Both the position numbers and the translations under genes were made by a program. A stretch of 63,833 nt of DNA, the filler included, from Jimgerdemannia flammicorona (lineage: Eukaryota): NCBI GenBank assembly GCA_003990765.1. It is 2 parts of 2 records of this genome, joined end to end, with 100 filler letters (N's around TTAATTAATTAA, not from the genome) between each part and the next. Parts side by side here need not be neighbours in the genome. Positions count along the whole stretch, not along the records: positions 31,976 to 63,833 come from RBNJ01000377.1; 1 more part is not named here. One strand, written 5' to 3'. Positions within the stretch are counted from its first letter, which is position 1. Each line of letters begins with the position of its first letter. Below the pieces are notes generated by a model. That model saw only the letters and a program-made list of their open reading frames with translations, made no database searches and was not told the origin of the DNA. Positions 37,070 through 50,768 of the stretch are shown piece by piece.

Positions 37070-37450
37070 TCAGAGGGTCAGATTCAGGGTCAGGTTCAGG
37101 AGTCAGGATCAGAGTTGGGTTCAGGGGTTAGGTTTAGGTTTGGGTTAAGAGTAAATAACAGGTTGAGTGATATATATTTCCAGGTCAGGTTAAAGATGAG
37201 TTATATTTAATTCTGGGTCAGGTTAAAGATGGATAATACATCTTTTCAGATTAGGTTAAAGATGAGTGATATATAATTTTATATTGGGTTAAAGATAGGT
37301 AATATATAATTCTAAGTCAGATTAAAGATAGGTAATGTATAATTTCAAGTCAGGTTAAAGATGGGTGATATATAATTCTAGATCAGGTTAAAGACAGATG
37401 ATATATAATTTCAGATTAGATTAAAGATGGGTAATGTCTAATTCTAAGTT
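37070..37450 (+). repeat. Subterminal tandem repeats of the hAT element (GGGTCAGGTT runs, then ~39 bp CAGGTTAAAGATGGGTGATATATAATT units)
   Basis: About seven imperfect units lie immediately downstream of the hAT transposase. Confidence 0.7.
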
Positions 37451-37529
37451 GGCTGTTTTATGGATTGAGTTTTAGATTAATCAGATTTATAGAATACTAA
37501 GCAGCAGTACTCTTCTTATCAACTATAGT

Positions 37530-39340
37530 TATAAGAGACTTATTCTTTACTATATACAGATGAAATTCACCTTAGAATCTAGGTTCAATGAGTTTACTTA
37601 AGTCTTGGTGATTTATATACTAGTCTCAGTTCTAGTATAAGTTAGCTAGATTTCTAGAGTTTAGTCAGAAATACTAAAGTTACTTAGGTGTTATTACTAA
37701 GACTCAGGAGAATATGTATATAAAGGGGAAGCTTGATTCTTATATCAAAGACTAAACTAAAACTGCTTTATTTTAGATAGAAACTGGGGAGTATTTATAC
37801 AAGTTGGTCTGCAATTTCTGACTAAGTATAAATGACTAATTTAGTAACTATAGTGAGGTTTATAATTATGATCTTTATTAGATAGTTTGTAATCAAAAAC
37901 ACTTTATAATTAGGACCTCAATTGTTAAGCAATGATCAGAGTTACTATAGTGCTGATTGCTGCAGCACTGATTGTTAAGGATAAGCTAGATATCATTTTT
38001 TGCATCATTCACATCATTCATTATATTTGTCATTTATATATTATATATTATACTTGATTGATGGTAATATTATTGCTGGGTCATGTGATTACTCATCATA
38101 TATCATATCTCATCTGTTCACTTGTTATTTATTCTATTATAACTACTCAAGAAATTTAATATGAAGAATATACAATCTATTTTGATATTCAATAAGAATT
38201 AGATATCTCTTTTGTACTTAGTTTAGAAAGAGACCAAATAGAATATTTATCTGTTAAACAATAGATATCAGTAGAAAGATAATCTCTAGAATTAATAAGT
38301 TCAGAACTTAATACAAATTTATAAAAAGCTAGAAAATTACTTAAGACTCTTATCTTAGAACTTTATATATCTTCACACTCAGCACCTGTTCCTTACTCAG
38401 AACCAGAACTTAAACTAGAAGATAGACATCCAGATTCTGAATCTAAACTATTAGTAGAAGATCTTTCTGAAATAGAAAAACTACTAGATACATTATCTAA
38501 AGAGAAGAGGAAAGCAATAGATCTTTAGAAGAAGAAGATCTTGAAAGACTTTTTAAAGAAAGCTTTAAAGATTTAGATAAAACTTTTAGAGGACCAGAGT
38601 TTATATCTGATCCAGTAATCTCAATAATAGCTACTGATGTATTAATAAGACAACTAATAGCATTAGTTAATCTAGCAGAACAAATAGCAATTATGAATCA
38701 ACTAGCTAAAATACTATTAATTTTCACTTTTGGAGAAATATCTATAGATCTACCAGAATTTATAAGTATAGTAGATAATAGATATAAGTACAATAGTTAA
38801 AATGATCAAAAGAAATCCAAACTCTATCTTAGCAAAAAATATATTACATACTACAGAAGAAGTCTTTGTAAAAGCCCAAGCTCAAACTACTAAAGTAGCT
38901 GTATATTTTTAAGATTTAGCTACCCTCTAATATCATAACTTAAATTCTAAACTCCTTATATAGAAAGATAGAATTAGAGTAACTAAACAAGATACTATAA
39001 GAGACCAATCAGAATATTATGATGAGCAAATAGTATAATACATATAACCAGATAACATAAACTCTCAGCATAGTATAGTTACTTATAACCACCATACTTA
39101 TAATTAGTCAAGAATACCAAATCAAGATTGTTTATCTGTGTCCTGCAGACACACTCATATTCTACAGATACACTTATGTTCTATGGATACACTCATATCC
39201 TGCAGATATACTCAAGTCCTGAGGATATACTCAAATATTACCAGAGATGGTAAATTTATAATTATCTAAATAGTAACCAGATAGCAACCATAACTGTATA
39301 AAATATCCCAGAGACAACAGTCATAATCCAACCTAAAGTA
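37530..39340. mobile_element. Degenerate LTR-like segment followed by gag-like remnant
   Basis: 37765-37800 has the same TTTATT...GGAGTATTTATAC arrangement as the LTRs at ~880-900 and ~12311-12344. The downstream region is CpG-depleted and stop-ridden. Confidence 0.4.
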
Positions 39341-39344
39341 AGCC

Positions 39345-42300
39345 ACTCTGACCCAACCCTCCTTACTAATCTATCTTACAAATCCTTCCATTGGTCCCTC
39401 ATATCATCTCTCTTATATACTATACCCAATTGATGCTCAACTGTCAACCAGAAGTCATCAAGTACCTCACACTCTCTCAGCCAATGTTCAGATATCTGTA
39501 TAAAACCTCTTCCTGCCTTACATTATAGTACTCCTTATAGTCAAAACTTCTTTCCTCAACTAGATGGTCTAAGCAAAAGTTGAGCATGATATTTCTCTGC
39601 AATATGCACCACTAGACCACCCAGTACTTTGGTGGAAATCATCACCTGACCTCAGCACTCCAGGTCCAAACTCCATTCCAATCCCACTTCTCTCTAATAC
39701 CTACCTGCTGTTATCCACCAGGCCACAAATTTTGTCCTAACCCCCTCTGATACTCTACCTCATCACTAATATCAAAATTGAGTAATAAGATGTCCCCCAA
39801 TAATACATAGTCCTATCTCTACATCACAGAGCCCCAAGGCATCTCCCCCTCATCTCCTTGCCAGCAAATTCCAATGTGGTGTACCTCATCTACAAACCCC
39901 TACCAGAATCCCTTATACTATATGTGACCATTATTCTGAAGCCTGATCAAGGACAGTAGATTACCTGTAGAGCCTCTTGGTGAGGACCTCATCTTCCAGA
40001 CCCTCTTCATTAGGGGAACCTAGCTACTATTTCTCAGCTCTACTACCCTCTTCAGCCACTATACTCTCAGGTAGTACAATCTCTTCAGAAAGTCAACCAG
40101 CCTCAGACCTCCTCTAGCAACTGGTAGAGATAAGATTTTCCAGCTAATCTGACTCCTCCTCTCAGCCCAGATCCAACCCTTGGCTAGTTTTAACAATTGC
40201 TTCACCACCCAGGCTGAGAAGTCCAGATAATAAGCCAAATACGATAGCTTTAGTAGCTAGTAGATATTCAAAACAGAAACACACCCAGCTGGAGACAACT
40301 GGTAGCCACCTTAACTCTACAGAGCCTCTCCCCAGATCACCACTTGCTGCTCTCACCAAGCTCTAGGTAAGACTGACCTATAAACTAAGAGATAAATATC
40401 TAGATATCACACTCTCTCTCCAGCAGAGACAATTGTTCCAATGATATTTCCTCCCACCAGGCCATTATCTAACACTATCATCTTATACTTATATCAGTTG
40501 AGTTTAGCTCCAGAATGCACCTCATACTATTCCACTATTGCCTTGAGTTCTTCCACATTGGTGATTGATCCTAGATCAACTACTATATTATCTACAAAGG
40601 CTCCCACCTTCTATCCAATGTCCAATACTGAGAGCCCTACCATCTTCTACTGAATTCTATCTATCAATGGCTCTAATGAGAGTGCATACAAAATGGAGGA
40701 CAGTGGGTCCCCTTGGGAGACTCCCCTACTCAGAGAAAAAGTCCCTCTCAGTACTCATTATATATGAGTACTACTTGACTCTCTTCCAGGAGACTGATCA
40801 TTACCACTTAGAACTGCTGAGGAATACCAATTCTATCTAGTACCTTTGCCAACCAGACCTGCCAGATATAGTCATATGCCTTCTCTTGATCCAGAAAAAC
40901 CAGGTACCCACTATGCATCCAAGCTATACTATCCCTAATAAGCTAGTTACTTACAAAGCCCCACTGCTCCTTTCCCAATACCTGCTGGGCCACCTTCTGC
41001 AACCTTGCTACTACCAACTTAGTAACCAACTTTCTGTCTATATCCAGTAGCATGATCAGCCACCAGTTCCTCCAGTCCTCTCTCTTGCCTTTATCCTTAT
41101 AGAGTAGTACTACCAGCCCCAGATATTACTCACCCACCCATCTTCCTGACTGTAGCACCAAGTTGTACATTGCTATCAATTCTTCTAGCATACTGGAGAT
41201 TTCCACCATCTTCTTCCAAAAGTCCCAGGGCAAGCCATCCTCCTCTGGTGCCATGCTCAGCAAAGTCATAGCAAGAATCTGGCAAATCTCCTCCTTCTAT
41301 ACTGACAACACCAGGCTGTCCAGTCCTCTCACCTGTGGTGGGTACTAATCCTCCAAAGCATGGTCAATAGCAGCATCATCAGTCCCCCCCTCCTCCTCAC
41401 TCTACAGACTACTTCACTTCTCCTTTAATAATCTAAGAATGTCTTGTAAGCTGTATACCAGATAATCATTAGCATCTAATGCCCCCTCCTATCTCTGCTG
41501 AACTCTTCTTGCCTGAAGGGCCCTTGTGAGGAACTTAGAGGGCCTCTCCCCTTCCTCCAGTCCCTGCCAATGTAACCATGCTGCCAGACTCTGCACCCAT
41601 ACCTCCTCCTCCTCTCTTACTACCAGTTGCAGCTTCTTAACCTCCTTCTATATCTATAACAAACTCCAGTCTTCCCCCCCCTCCAGGGCCAACAGTCTAG
41701 TTCCATCCTTCAGAAGCTGAGCCAGCCTAGCAGAAGTCCATACCACCTGTCACCTCTTCTGTCTGCCAGCCATCTTACCAGCCTCTCTCCAGTAAACTCT
41801 AGCAGCCTTCTTCAGCCACATCCACCTGACACCCACAGAGGCCCCCTCCTGTACCCATCCCTCTACTCTACTGAATATCTACCACCCACTTATCCCACAG
41901 CCCCTTATCATCTAACAAAGAGAAATTTAGGCACCAATGTCCAGGCCCATCCCCACTCCCCCCAAAATATCTCTATCTCAATAACCCTCAATGATCAGAC
42001 CACAGACACTATTCAACCTCTAGTGATTTTCAGATATTCAATCTCCAGCAGTCTGTGGTCAAAACTCAGTCAATTCTTGTTCCCAGACCCCTGACCCAGT
42101 GCATGTATACCTTTCTATTACTCCAAAATCCCCTGTCAGTATCCACTAATGCACTCAGTCTCTCTACTTTCTCCCATACTTCCAGACCTCCACTCTTACC
42201 CTTAGCCCCCTACTCTTCATCAGTTCTATCCATAAATATATTCTGAACCATATTGAAGTCTCTACCAAGCATATTTACTCCAGTCTCTGTGAGGGCCCCA

Positions 42301-43203
42301 CTCTTCTAGAGACCCTTCACCCAGTCTATATACTCCCTCTGTACAGCAGGACAATAACAAGACTCCACTGTAACTGGCTTCTAACCTACTCAAATCCACT
42401 CTCTCTAAACCAGTCTGTCTCTTCAGCTCCTCACCTCTCATATCTCTTCTCTGCCTCTCTGAACCAGAATTCCCATCTTGCCTTTCCATACAACCTCTCT
42501 TCTCTATTTCTTAATCTACTTCAGTTTATTCAAATTATCCTTACACCTGATATCCTGCAAAAGAAAGAGATTGGCCTCCAGTCTCTTCAGCCAAGCAAAA
42601 ATGTTCTGATACTGAAATGAACCTCATAACTCATTCACATTGAGAGAAAAAATATTAGTTATACTGTTTATAAGAAATATTGTGAAATTGAAAATGTATC
42701 CTCTACTGCTCCATATCTCTTACCTCTCTTGCCAAGTCCAGGTTGTGTTCAGCAGACACCATCTTCTCTTCAGCCCTCTTAGTCTCCAATCTCTCCAGTA
42801 GCTTAGCTATTTTCCCATTCTTCTTTTTCTCAAAATTCTCACAATACTCCAGACAGGCCTCCTGTCAGAGTAGCAAACTATGATGCTTTTCCCAGCAGTA
42901 GGTGGCCCACTCACCAGCAACTACTGTCAGCTTAGCCTCTCTCTCCTTGTCTATCTCATACCCTTCCTCCTCCAGAAAAACTGCCAGTATCTCTGCCCTT
43001 AATGCCTCTATCACTCTATTACCATGTAAGATCCTTATCCAGTACTCATCACTTATCACTCTTAGGTCCACTTCTCCCAGTTTTTCAGCTACAAGGTTAT
43101 TTATCATCTGGTATATCTATAGCAGATTACCCACTTTCTTCCCCCCAGGGGTCACAGGCTATCCTCTACTCAGTATCAAGATATTCTCTCCTATACTTGC
43201 AGT

Positions 43204-43280
<77 letters not shown>

Positions 43281-46200
43281 GTCACTTGGACTCCATCCTA
43301 TATTAATACCAATATGCCATCTATTACTAAACTTATAGTTTACCCTCGCACTACCCAATCCCCATAGGAGTACCACTCCTCCTACTTACATGAACAAAGA
43401 CCACTTTCTCACCCACTACCCTAACCCTCCCCCCACTCTATCTACAGATTTGTTCCACTAAATAATGCCTTCAACCCCCCTTCAACCCCCAACCCAGCCA
43501 CCAGCCTGTCAAGATGTCTTCCATGAGGCTATGCCACCTCATCAGCCTGACCTCAGAGCCAAGTTTTCTCTCATCCTCAAAAACAAATAGCCAGTGACTG
43601 GCCAGCCCTACCCAAATGGCCAAAGCCCACCCTAACATCAGCCATTCCTTCCCCACCCTCCCCTCCAGTCTACCCCTTAAATCCTCCCAATGCCCCCACA
43701 CATCAGCTCCCCTGCATACTACTTCCAGATAATCCCCAATGTTCTGCCAAAAGGTACTAAGTACCTCACACTCTCCTAGCCAATGTTCAGGTGTCTGTAT
43801 ATATCCCCCTTTCTGCCCTACATTATAACACTCCTCACAGTCAAAGCAGCCTCCCTTGATAAGGTGATCAGAGTGGAAGTTGAGTATGACATTTCGCCTC
43901 AGTACATGCCATCAGACCACTCAGTACTTCAGCAGCAACCACCTCCTCACCTTGGTACTCCAGGCCCATATGCCATGCCAGTTCCACTCCTCGCTGATTC
44001 CTACACCCTGCCAACTGCTAGGCCACAGATCCTGGCCTGGTCCCCATTGGCACTCGATTCCATCACCAATGTCAAACTCAAGTAAGGGAATACCACCCAG
44101 TAGCACTCAGTCCCATCACCACATCGCTGGGTCCCAAGCCTCCTCCCCTTCATTTTCCCACCACCTAATCCCAATGTGGTGCACCCCCTCTGCCACTCCC
44201 CACCAGAAGCCTTTGTACTGTAATTGTCCAGAGTTCTGAAGGCCCACAAGCACTAGGAGATCACCCATCGAGCCTCTTGGAGAGGACCTCATCTCCCAGA
44301 CTTTCTGCAGTAGGGGAACCCAACTACCCCCTCTCAACTCCACTGCTCTCTTCAGCCACCAAGCTCTCAAGCAGTGCAGCCTCTTAGGAAAGTCGACCAG
44401 CCCAAGTCCCCCACTCACCACTGGTAAGGACAAGACCTCCCAGTTGATCTGACTCCACCTTCCAGCCCAGATCCACCCCTTGGCCATCTTCATCAATTGC
44501 TTTACCACCCAAGCTGGGAAGTCCAGATAGTAAGCCAGATACCACACCTTCAGCAGCCAATAGATGTTCAGAATTGAAATGCATCCTACCAGAGACAATT
44601 GACAGCCCCCCCAGCTCTGCAGTACCTCCTCCCAAATGCCAACCCACTGCTCCCATCAAAGTCTGGGCAGAACTGACCCATATACTGACAGATAGATATC
44701 TAAGTACCATACTGCCTCACCAGCAGGGACAATCATACCAATAATCTCCCCACCCACTAGACCATTGCCTAACACCATTGTTTCACACTTATGCCAATTA
44801 AGCCTAGCCCTAGAGTTTGCCTCATACCACTCCACTGTCCCCTTGAGCTCCTCAACATCCACAACAGATCCCAGACCAACTACCATATCATCTGCAAATG
44901 CCCCTACTTTCCACCCAATGCCAAAGATAGAGAGCCCCACTATCCTCTACCTGATTCTGTCCATGAAGGGCTCCAGAGACAATGCATACAAAATGGGGGA
45001 CAGTGGGTCCCCCTGGGGCACCCCCCTACCCAGGGGAAATGCTACCCCTCAATGTCCATTACACATGAGTGCTGCTCTACTCCCTTCCAGTAGACTGACC
45101 ATGGCAGTCCTGAACTGTTGTGAGACCCCAATCCTGTCTATAACTTTCACCAACCAGACTCATTGCACTCAGTCATAGGCCTTCTCCTGGTCCAAAAAGA
45201 CCAGACACCCATCCAGTCCACTGGCTCGTGCCCCTTCAATAATGCCATGTACCTATGCTGTACCATCCCTGATGAGCCAGCCTCCAACAAAGCCCCACTG
45301 CTCCTCACTTAAGACTTGCTGAGCCACCTTTTGCAACCTTGCGACCATGACTTTGGTAACCAACTTTCTGTCCATATCCAGTAGTATAATTGGCCTCCAG
45401 TTCTTCCAGTCCTCTTGGCTTCCTTTGTTCTTATAAAGCAATGTCACCAACCCTAGATCCTGTTCACCCACCTATCTCCCCATCTGTAGAATCCAATCAC
45501 ACAGTGCCATCATCTCTCCCACTATTCCAGGGACTCCCACCATCCTTTTTCAGAAGTCCCAGAGCAGACCATCCTCTCCAGGTGCTGTACCCAAGATTGT
45601 CGTAGCAAGAACCTGGTGGATCTCCTCCTCTAGCACTGGCAGTACTAAGTCATTCAACCCGGCTGCTTGGGTAGGGTACCAATCCTCCAAAGCTTGATCA
45701 ATGTCCTCAGCACCTGCCCCACCCTCCTCCTCACTCCACAATCTACTCCAATACTCCTTTAATGATCCAAGAATGTCTTGTACCCCATGTACCAAGGAAC
45801 CATCAGCATTAAGCACCCCCTCCCACCTTTGCTGCACTCTTCTCACCTGAAGGGCCCTTGTAAGAAACTTTGAGGGCCACTCTCCTTCCTCCAGCTCCTA
45901 CCAACGAAGCCATGCTGCCAGGCCCTGGACCCTTACCTCTTCCTCATTCCTCAGCACCTGTTGTAGTTCAGCCACCTCCATTTGTAACTATATCGAACAC
46001 CAGTCCTCCTCTCCCTCCAATGTCACCAGTCTAGCCCAGTCCTCCAAGAGTCTAGATAATCTACATGATGCCCACTGCACCCGCCTCCTCCTCTGTCTCC
46101 CTGCCACCATACCAGCCTCACTCCAGAAGGCCCTGGCCATCTCCTTCATCCTCATCCACCGAATATCAACTGCGATACCTCCCTGCCTCCAACACTCCAC

Positions 46201-49200
46201 CTGCATTTGAATGACTTCGGCCCATTTACCCCACTAGATCTTATCATCTAGTAGGGAGGAATTGAGATACCAATGTCCAGGCCCATCCCCACTCCCCCCA
46301 AAATATCCCTGCCCTAAAAGCCCCCAATAATCCAACCAAGGACACTATTCCACCTCCAGTGACTTCCAAACATCCAGGCCCCAGCAGCTGGCTGTTAGAA
46401 TCCAATCAATCCTCATCCCCAGGCCCCTGGCCCAGTATGTGTATACCCTCCTATTCCCCCAACATTCCCTGCCTGCATCCACCAGAGCACTAAGTCTTTC
46501 CACTTCCTCTCATACTGTCAATCCTCTACTCCACCCCACAGCACCTTGTCCCCCATCAGTTCTATCCCTCAATATGTCACAGACCATATTGAAGTCTCTG
46601 CTGAGTATATCTATCCCAACCTCTGCAAGAATTCCACTCTCCTATAGGCCTGTCACCCAATTCACCTGCTCACTCCATATTGCAGGGCAGTAACAGGAGC
46701 CCACCATGACTGGCTCCCAACCTGCACATATCCACTCTCCCCAGACCAATCTATCCCCCCAGCTCTGCACATTCTATATCTCCCCTCTGCCCTTCCACAC
46801 CAGAATTCCAACCTTGCCCTTCCAAACTGCCTCACCTCCCCACTCCTTCATCCATTCCAGTCTATCCAAGTCATCCTCACACCTGACATCCTGCAAGAGG
46901 AAGAGATTAGCCTTCAATCCCTTCAGCCAAGTAAAAATGTTCTTATATTGAAAAGCACCCCATAACCCATTCACGTTCAAAGAAAAAATGTTGGTTGTAC
47001 TATTCATAAGAGAAATTATATAGTTTCAGATGTATCCTCTACTGCTCCATGTCCACTTCCTCCTGTGCCCTATCTAGGTTGTGCTCAGCAATAGCTTCTG
47101 CCTCCTTGGTCCTCTTAGCCTCCAACTCAGCCAGAATTTCTGCCATCTCCCCATCCTCCTTTTCCTCAAACTCTTCATGGTACTCCAAACAAGTCTCCTA
47201 CCAGAGCTGCAGTCCATGCCTCTTAGTCCAACAGTGGGCAGCCCGCTCACCCACCACAACTACCAGAGTAGCTTCTCTCTCCTTATCTACCTTATACCCC
47301 TCTTCTTCCAAGTATACTGCCAGAATTTCAGCCTTCAATACTGCCACCACTCCATCTCCTTGAAGGATCCTCACCCAATGCTCATCGCTCATCACTCAGA
47401 GGTCAACTTCCCCCAGCTCTTCCACTGCCAAGTTATTCATCATCCAGCATACTCAGAGCAAGTTTCCCACCTCCTTCCCTCCTGGGGTCGCTGGTCTCCT
47501 GCCATCCAACATTGTCGTATCAGCTCCTATACTTGCTGACTCATTCCATCCCTCCTCCGGGACATCCACCAATTCCTCTTCCCCAGTCACCTCTACCAAT
47601 CTCCTCTTCTCTATATTTGGGACTCCAAAGCGCACCTGCTGAGCACCGCACATTGGTGCATCCTCCATCACTCTACCTTTCACCACTGGACCCCTTCTGA
47701 TAAGGGGAGAGGGAGAAGACAAACCCTCCCAGGTTTCCTCCCAAATCTCCAGTATGCCATCTTCATAAGGATTCTTACTCAGCACCTTCATGGCCTCCAC
47801 CTGCCCCCCCTCCTCATTCTGTCCACTACTAGCAGCCCAGATACTCGCCTTGGTACCTCCAGCAGTTGTACCATCGCTTGCCTTCCTCATCGCCTCTGCC
47901 CCCATTTTCGCCAACAATTCCCTTTGTCTTCTGCACCCTTGGGACCTCTCCCACACCTTCTTATTGATGTGGACCTGCTTTCCTCCAACCACCTCAAGAT
48001 GCATCGCTGCCTCAAATGCCTTCCATGCTTTTGCCCTCCTCTCAACTGCTCCACTCAACTCCTTCAACACTTCCAGCAAATTCTCCTCCTCCTCCTCACT
48101 CCCCTTTACTCTCATCACCTTACATAAGATAGCCCCCCACACCATTACTGAGGGCCAGTCCCAAGCCTTCCCAGTAGCCTCCCGCCCAGCCAGCCAAATT
48201 CTGATGTCAACATCCCCTGTCTGGAGAGAGGCTCCTTCCCAAACTCTGAACTCAATATCAACTACCTCTCTATACTCTGCCATAATCTCCTCAACTCTCT
48301 TTCTTGTCTCTGCAGTAGTAACAGTGGGAACTCCTTTCACCAGAAGTTGCACTACTCTTGGGTCCCACTGCAGACATCTCACCATTGGTACATATACCTT
48401 GCCCACTTTCATCCCAGCCTTCAAAGCCTCCTCCAGTGGCCCAGCCTCCTCAAATCCCACCTCCACCCCTTCTAGGCCCTTCAGGAACTTAACCGATGCT
48501 GCTCCACTCATCTGCTTTGCAATCAGCCCCAGAACCATTTTTGCCATCACTGCTAAGCCCCGGAAACACATCATGACTGCAAATTCTGAGATTGACTTCT
48601 TGAGTAACAGAGCCACCACCAGTCCCATTACACCATCTGCCAGATTCCTGGGCCTCATGCCCTTCCCATAGCTTGGCTCACCATCAGCAGTCCCATCTAG
48701 ATTTTTTTCCAGATCATCCATCACACCCCCATCAGCAGTCCCTGCCTTAGCCACTACCCCCCCAGCTCCACCCCTATGGCCCTCCAGAGGGGTACCCCCA
48801 AGAGGTTGCTGCCTGGTAGCCCTCACTGGTATCTTCCCCCCCCTCAGCCAACTCTCCAATCCAGCTCCCTATTGACCCCCCTTCACCTTCTCCACAAAGC
48901 TCACTCTGCCAGACCCTTGACCTCCAGCTCTGCCCTCTCCTCCACCACATCCTCCTGCCAGCAGACCCCTCATACTTCCCCCCAAGCCAGGGCCTCTCCC
49001 CACTTGCTGCCATTCGAATGCTCCAGGGCCACTCTGCCCAGTATGTACCCCAGGATGCTCATTGGTCGCCATAATACTAGTAGCTTGTCTCCAGAAACTA
49101 TGTCAAAAGTATTGCCAAAAGATTGTGTAACCTGAATGTTACTGGAGAAAGATGTCTATACTTGTAGCCTCATTCTACCCCTCCTCTGGGATATCTACCA

Positions 49201-50768
49201 GTTCCTCTTCACTAACTACTACTACTTGTTCTCCTTTTGCCATCTTAAGAACTCCAAAGTGTACCTGCTGGACATCACATATGAGCACATCCTCCACTAC
49301 TCAGCCCCTTACAGCTAGTCCCTGTCTGATAAGAGGAGTAGAAGTAGGAGACTACTCCTAGACTTTGAATATATCATTCTCATATGGGTTCTTACTCAGC
49401 ATCTTCCTGGCCTCCTCTAGACCCACCTCTATATTCTCCTCTTGCCCCCAGCCCAGACACTCACCAAAGCTCTCTCAGCATCCTCACTGCTATCAGTAGC
49501 CCTTATCTTCTTTACTTCCAGACTTACCAATAACTCTCTCTGCCTCCTGTAATCTTGGATCCTCTTCAACAGCCCCTTATCAATATGGACTCACCTTCTA
49601 TTGATAATCTCCACATGTATCAACTCTATATACACCTTCCAAGTCTTTGCCCTCTACTCCACCATACCACTCAGCTCCTCCAATACCTTCAACAAGTCCT
49701 TCTCCTCCTCCTTACTCTCCTTTATCCTCATCACCTTATACACAAAGGCTCCCCACATTATTACCAAAGGTTAATCACATATCTTGCCAGTAGCCTCTCT
49801 CTCTGCTAGTTGAATCTGGACATCAACATCCTCTATCTAGAAAGAGGTCCCTTTTTAGATCCTAAACTCTATATTAACTACTTCTCCATACTTAGCCATA
49901 ACCTCCTCAACTCTCCTCCTCATCTCCACAACAGTCACCATAGGTACTTTCTTCACCAGAAGCTACACTACTCTGGAATTCTATCTCAAGTACTATACTA
50001 TTGGGACATACACCTCCCCAACCATCAACCCAGCCTTCAATATCTCCTCCATAGTCCTACCTCCTCAAAGCCCACCTCTATTCCTTCTAGGTCCTTTAGG
50101 AACTTAACAGATGCTGTGCCTTCTACCTACTTCACAATCAGCCCCAGGACTATTTTTGCTATCACTACTAAGCCTCTGAAGTACAGAGTGACTGCAAATT
50201 CTGAGATCAACTTCTTGAGTAACAGTGCCACTGCCAGTTCTATTATACCATCAGCTAGATCACTAGGCCTCATGCCCTTCCCACAGCTTGGTCCATCATC
50301 AGTAGTCTCATCTAGATTTTTTTTCAGATTGCTCATTATACTTCCATCAGCAGTCACCCCCTCAGTTACTACACTGTTAGTCTCACTACTCTGGTCCTAC
50401 AGAGGAGCTCTCCCTTGAAGCCACTGCCCTGTAGCCTTTACTATTGCCATGTCTCTCCTCAGCCAACTCTCTAGCCCAGCTCCCTGCTGACCTCTCTTTG
50501 CCTTCTCTGCAAAGCTCACTCTCTCTATCCTCTGACCTCCAGCACTGCCCCCTCTCCTACTATGTCCTCCTGCTAGAGGCCCCTCATGCTTTCCCTTAAG
50601 CCAGAGCCCCTCTCTATATACTGCCAGTCAAATGCATCAGGACTACCCTGCCTAGTATACATCTTGAAATACTTGTTAGTTACTATAATACTAGTATCTT
50701 TTCTTCAAAAACTGTATTGTAAGTATTGCTAGAAGGTTGTGTAATCTGAATGTTACTGAAGAAAGATT
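39345..50768 (-). mobile_element. Older L1-like LINE (3' end missing), split in ORF1 by a younger LINE
   Basis: 39345-43190 parallels ORF2 and the ORF1 end of the inner LINE (endonuclease start ~42670, 'QGDPLS' ~40700, 'FVDN' ~40590). 49172-50768 parallels ORF1 and the 5' end ('tgaatgttactg.agaaagat'). Confidence 0.88.
43207..49155 (-). mobile_element. Full-length L1-like LINE (ORF1 + APE endonuclease/RT ORF2), ~70 nt poly(A), 16 bp TSD
   Basis: ORF1 ~49072-47034 (open segment 47453-48859). ORF2 starts 'MNSTTNIFSLNVNGL' (47007), with 'NWRPI', 'PQGDPLSP' and 'FADD'. Poly(T) at 43207-43277. TSD ctatacttgcagtctc (43191-43206) / ctatacttgtagcctc (49156-49171). In-frame stops present. Confidence 0.93.

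Noticed and set aside
37160..37450. CRISPR-like regularly spaced repeats
   Set aside because: Whole ~39 bp units are homologous, so this is a tandem subterminal array next to the hAT transposase.
42902..43376. Poly-Phe / poly-Lys ORFs
   Set aside because: These are translations of the LINE poly(A) tail.
47790..48671. 293-aa plus-strand ORF
   Set aside because: Antisense shadow of LINE ORF1.
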